NCBI GenBank assembly: GCA_951406725.2
Contig: OX597818.1
Span: forward strand, 116,498,001 to 116,562,000
DNA length: 64,000 bases
Source of the DNA: Octopus vulgaris
Taxonomy: Eukaryota
Direction of reading: 5' to 3'
Position 1 is the stretch's first letter. Every line of letters begins with the position of its first letter. A program made the translations under genes and the position numbers. Below the pieces are notes generated by a model that worked only from the letters and a program-made list of their open reading frames with translations, had not been told where the DNA came from and did no database searches. Positions 59,170 through 64,000 of the stretch are shown here, one piece after another.

Positions 59170-59420
59170 GACAGTAAGAAATATAAGATGTTGTGGGGTT
59201 TTAAACTTCATACTGACAGAGTAATAGAAGCTAGAAGGCCTGATTTGGTAGTAGTAGATTAAGAGAATAGAAAGCGGCAGATAATTGAATATACAGAACC
59301 AAATGATGAGAAAAATTAATATAAGTATAGAAAAAATAGCAAAGTACCTGGACCTTGCCATTGAATTACAGAGACTATGGAAAGTGCGAGTAAAATGTAT
59401 CCTCGTAGTTATAGGTGTAT
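59170..59420 (+). mobile_element. R4/Dong-like RLE fragment
   Basis: TDRVIEARRPDLVVVD*..KIAKYLDLAIELQRLWKV..VVIG, abutting (AAT)n. Confidence 0.75.
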
Positions 59421-59438
59421 AATAATAATAATAATAAT

Positions 59439-59515
<77 letters not shown>

Positions 59516-59530
59516 AGAAGAGAAGAAGGA

Positions 59531-59561
<31 letters not shown>

Positions 59562-59627
59562 AAGAAGAAGAAGAAGAAAAAGATGATGATGAAGAAGAAG
59601 AAAAAAATGACGATGATGAAGAAGAAG

Positions 59628-59658
<31 letters not shown>

Positions 59659-59712
59659 TGAAGAAGAAGAGAAAGATGATGATGATGATGATGAAGAAGA
59701 AGAAGAAGAAGA
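59420..59712. repeat. (AAT)n(GAA)n(GAT)n compound microsatellite
   Basis: Directly visible. Confidence 0.95.
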
Positions 59713-61101
59713 TTTTTATTTCCAAATATTGCAGTCAAAACGCCATCAAATGTTTATTTGGAAGTATGATAGGTGGATCCAGTTGAATAAATCGTTCTGT
59801 TAAGCAAAGAAATAGAAACAAGCATGTTTGAGACTTCCACGTTTTAAAACCGAAATCGCAGATGCATAAATAAATGTCACAATTCAAATATTCTGACGGT
59901 GTTGACGCTTCTACAGTCCATCGACAGAAAAAGAAGAAAATGAAGATCAACGCAGTAGAAATTTTCTACGTTCATGGCAACAGCAATAATGGTTTCACAT
60001 TTTAGCACAAAGCCAGCAATATTGTGGGAAGGGATGAGCCGATTATATCGACCCCAGTGCACCACTGGTACTTATTTCATCGATCCCGAAAGGATGAAAA
60101 GCAAAGTCAACCGCAGTTGCATTTGGATTCAGAATGTAAGAACAGACAGTATTGGCGTGCCTATACCCCCATAACTTAGCAGTTCGGCAAAAGAGTACAA
60201 TAGAATAGGTGCCAGGCTAAAAGAAAAAATAATTCTTCAAGCCGGTGCTCCAATATGGCTGCAGTGCAATCAGTGAAACAAGTAAAGAATTAAAAAACAA
60301 AGAAGATATAGAAATATTTGTTGCAGAGAAACCTCATGGATATTATGAGTAAATACAGAAAGTCGATTGAGAAGCGACGAAGTTCAAGCATTCGCCATTT
60401 AAACGTAAAATATATATTGTGAAGATGAACAAGATCCCAACAGGAATCGAAACCGTATTTTGATTATGAAATTTATTCCACGTGGTGATAAGGTACCAGT
60501 TCACAATAAATTGTACTTTAGATTTACAAAATATTTAAAAAAATAGGTGAATGCTTCATACGATTCACTTTTGTCTTGCCTTAAATATACGTGTTTGATT
60601 AATTGCTATCTTACGTACGACGCTGGGCAAATACGAGCGGCTCCAATGAACCTATATCTGTAGCCCTATTTATGTCTGCATAATAAAATTGATTTTATGC
60701 ATGTAAGTGGTGGGAAATTGGAGACGGAAGACACCTATTTAAAGATAGTGGAAGTAGGTACAAAGTATTTATACATGGTAAACAAACGAAAAAAATTGAA
60801 ATGGAATTTATAATTGATTTGTATATACACATATACATACACAAATACACGTATGGTATATGTACATACATAGACACACACACACATACACACAATTATA
60901 TATACACACGCACATATTTACTTATACATACATACATACATACATATAATTTTAGAATAGGATAAAATCTTTATAAGAATTTATCAAGTAGCCTGTGTAA
61001 AAAACCTCATAAGAGAAAAATTATTAATTATTCCCTTTAAATATATTTATTTATATTAAGGGCAGAAAAAAAATACATACATACATACATATATATATAT
61101 A

Positions 61102-61162
<61 letters not shown>

Positions 61163-61179
61163 ATATATAAATATATATT

Positions 61180-61525
61180 CTTTTCTTTTACGCTTTTATT
61201 TGTTTCAGTCATTTGACTGCGGCCATGCTGGAGCACCACCTTTTAGTCGAAAAATTCGACCCCAGGACTTATTCTTTGTAAGCCTAGTACTTATTCTATC
61301 ACTCTCTCTTGCCGAACCGCTAAGTGACGGGGACCGTAAACACACCTGCATCGGCTGTCAAGCGATGTTGGAGGGAGAAACACATATACATAATACACAC
61401 ACACGTCTATATATAACAAATGAAAGACAGGAGATGGAATATACGAGAATATATTATCAATCACAATTGTTTCGACACATCTAGCATCGTCTCCTCTTGT
61501 GGGACACACAAAAACTGGCTCACGA

Positions 61526-61576
<51 letters not shown>

Positions 61577-61700
61577 GGCGGGCTGTTTTCAGTTTCCGTC
61601 TACCAAATCGACTCACAAGGCTTTCGAGGATATAGTAGGTCGACCAAGGTGAACTCGGAACCATGTGGTTGGTAAACAAGCTACTTACCACACCTGCGCC
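61180..61700 (-). mobile_element. SINE family B with a hammerhead-family fragment in its internal microsatellite
   Basis: Family B 3' half at 61180-61380 and head at 61575-61700; 61415-61525 matches 52720-52810. Confidence 0.8.
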
Positions 61701-61896
61701 AATATATTGATACACACACACATATGTGTGTGTGTGTGTGTAGATATATAGAAATGGATCGAAGTATGTTCATAATTTAAAGCAAAATATACACGCGGAC
61801 ACTTCTTCATATATAGATACAAACTCATACAGAACCTAAAAAAACACACTTAACACGTAGCTGTCAGTATTACTAAGAGCAGTATAACAGCTTGCT

Positions 61897-62120
61897 AAGG
61901 CGGTGAGCTTGCAAAATCGTTAACACGCCGGGAAAATTGCTTAGCAGCATTTCGTCCGTCTTTACTTTCCGAGTTCAAATTGCGCTAAGATCGACTGTGC
62001 GTTTCATCCTTTCAGGACCGATGAAATAGATATCGGTTGAGCACTGAGACCGACGTAATTGTTGGCTTTGTGTCAGCAATTACATCGAAACTCTTGGCCT
62101 TGTGCCAAGTTTTTGAAATC
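61897..62120 (+). mobile_element. SINE family A, diverged
   Basis: GGCGGTGAGCTTGCAAAATCGTTAACACGCCGGG..GAGTTCAAATT..core. Confidence 0.8.
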
Positions 62121-62330
62121 AATATTATATGTGGACACAAAACATGCTTTGGAAATTCGCCTCTAATTTATCAGGTTTACTTCTTAATTATTTAACGAAT
62201 GTTTTCAATGTAACACATTAGTTAATATTTTTTGTTAATGTCTTTTAAAATATATACAGTTAATATTTTTTTGGAATACTTATTTAATTATTGGGAAATA
62301 AATGTCTAATTTTAATTCTCTATCAATATA

Positions 62331-63888
62331 CAATAGTGGCCAAAATTAGAGAGCGAAAATAAAATTTAAGTATATTTACATTTCTTCTTCATTTTTCCAA
62401 ATGAGATTTTTACTGTACATACTTTAAAGAGTGTTCATTATATACAATAAATTTTGTAGGAAGTGATTAATAACTAAATGATTTATTTGAAAATGTTTAT
62501 TTGGAAAATACAAAATGGAAAAAGCTATAGAACGTATGGTGTAAAATGCTAAAAGTAAAATCAGGCAACACTCCGACCGATGCAAACTAAGTTGACCAAA
62601 GAGTGCGGAGATTCATATTGCACAGTAAAGCCACCGGAAAACCAAGGTGAGTTGATGACAGCCTCGGGAAGTAAGTGGTCATGTAGAAAAAAGGAGTGGC
62701 AATTTTTGCTATCGCCAAAGACTTTAACAGATCAAAAAGTGTTGTTTCAAAGTATTCAAGTTTGATGAAGAAAGCAAAACGAGGGAGACCACGGAAGACA
62801 AGTGTTTAGCAAAACCATGTGATACAGAGGCTGTTGTTAAGACCGTTTCAGTACTGCAGGAATTTCTTGTCAAGTAAATCGTGATTATGGTGTGAATGTG
62901 TGTCTTTAGACTGGCTTGTCGTTTGAAGGAAGTTGGGCTTCATGCCTATTCCCGTGCCCCTAAACATCTCATCAGTGTGAAGGACCGAAAAGTGAGATTA
63001 GACTTTTCCAGTGAGCACATACTTTGGACGGACGACAACTGCTCGCATGTGTTCTTCAGTGAATAAAGCAATTTCAATTTGGTTTGCTCCGATGGTAGAC
63101 AATACGCGAGATGTCTTAAAAGTGAAGGACTGTTCCCTAAATCAGTGACGTATGAAGGTAGGGGTTTAGCGGTGTGGGGAATGATTTCTGCAGCAGTTAT
63201 TGGACCGTTTGTTCCAGATCCACGGTAATGGGAATGCAACCATATACAAATACATCGTTGTGTAACATGTTTTACCAGCTATGAGATCGTCTTCAACTCG
63301 TCAGCGAATCTTTATACAGGATAATACACCATATCATAGTGCTACAATAGTTAAGGAGGTGTTTGATACTGACAATTTTACTGTGATGCGTTGACCAGCT
63401 GAAAACCTTGACCCTAATCCCATTCAGAACTTATGGAAGATACTTGGTGATAAAATCAGCGAGCACCGACCTGTGTATGTTATAATTTTGTGGGAAAAAC
63501 GTCAGGAAGAATGGAATAAGATTACGTCAGAACAATGTGAGTAATTGGTCAAATACTGTGGACGGAGATGCCCTGAAGTCATTAAAAATTAAGGAATGTA
63601 CACATCTTATTAATACATTGATGTGAATTTTGAAAACTTCTGGCAAAATTTTGATTTCTTTAATTTTATGTCATACGTTCTCTAATTTTGTCCATCTTGT
63701 ATTTTTGAAATAAGCGTTTTTTTTGCTATTACGAATTATTTAGTCATTAATCACATCCTATAACATTTATTGTAAATTATGAACATACTTTAAAGTATAT
63801 AAAATAAAAGTCCTACTCGGAAAAATGAAGTAGAAATATAAATATATTTATTTTTTATTTACGATCTCTGATTTTGGCCACTACTCTG
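62331..63888 (+). mobile_element. Tc1-like transposon with ~210-bp IR/DR-type TIRs, decayed
   Basis: TA|CAATAGTGGCCAAAATTAGAGA...TCTCTGATTTTGGCCACTACTCTG|TA; TIR similarity 62331-62540 versus 63672-63888; motifs VWGMIS, QDNTPYH, PAENLDPNPIQNLW. Confidence 0.9.
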
Positions 63889-64000
63889 TATTCATTTATC
63901 ATTAGGACTCATAACCGATTTAAACTTCATTGAGTGACATTAGTGGTCGAAATTGTATATATGTATATCTTCAGTAGTTTAGATGTATTTTAGTTATACA

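Overview
AT-rich metazoan intergenic or intronic DNA; the SINE repertoire and microsatellite load suggest an Octopus-like cephalopod (inference). No host exon is recognisable, and nearly all listed ORFs are microsatellite artefacts. Content: (TA)n/(CA)n/(TATC)n/(AAT)n repeats, two abundant tRNA-derived SINE families, a decayed mariner (14622-15923), a decayed long-TIR Tc1 (62331-63888), two non-autonomous Helitrons, R4/Dong-like and Hero-like RLE LINE fragments, a CR1/L2-type fragment and a Penelope-like element (18638-21322). The main signal is about 20 type I hammerhead ribozyme (HHR) motifs from about 10 unrelated repeat families, mostly in fold-back elements inside (TA)n tracts. The best case is a 492-bp retrozyme-like monomer with an intact HHR, arranged as two inverted tandem arrays (49600-51797) and predicted to release a 492-nt, possibly circular, RNA. 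Other candidates include an A6U-core HHR family and an element pairing a tRNA-like promoter with an HHR. All folds were read by eye and no activity has been tested.
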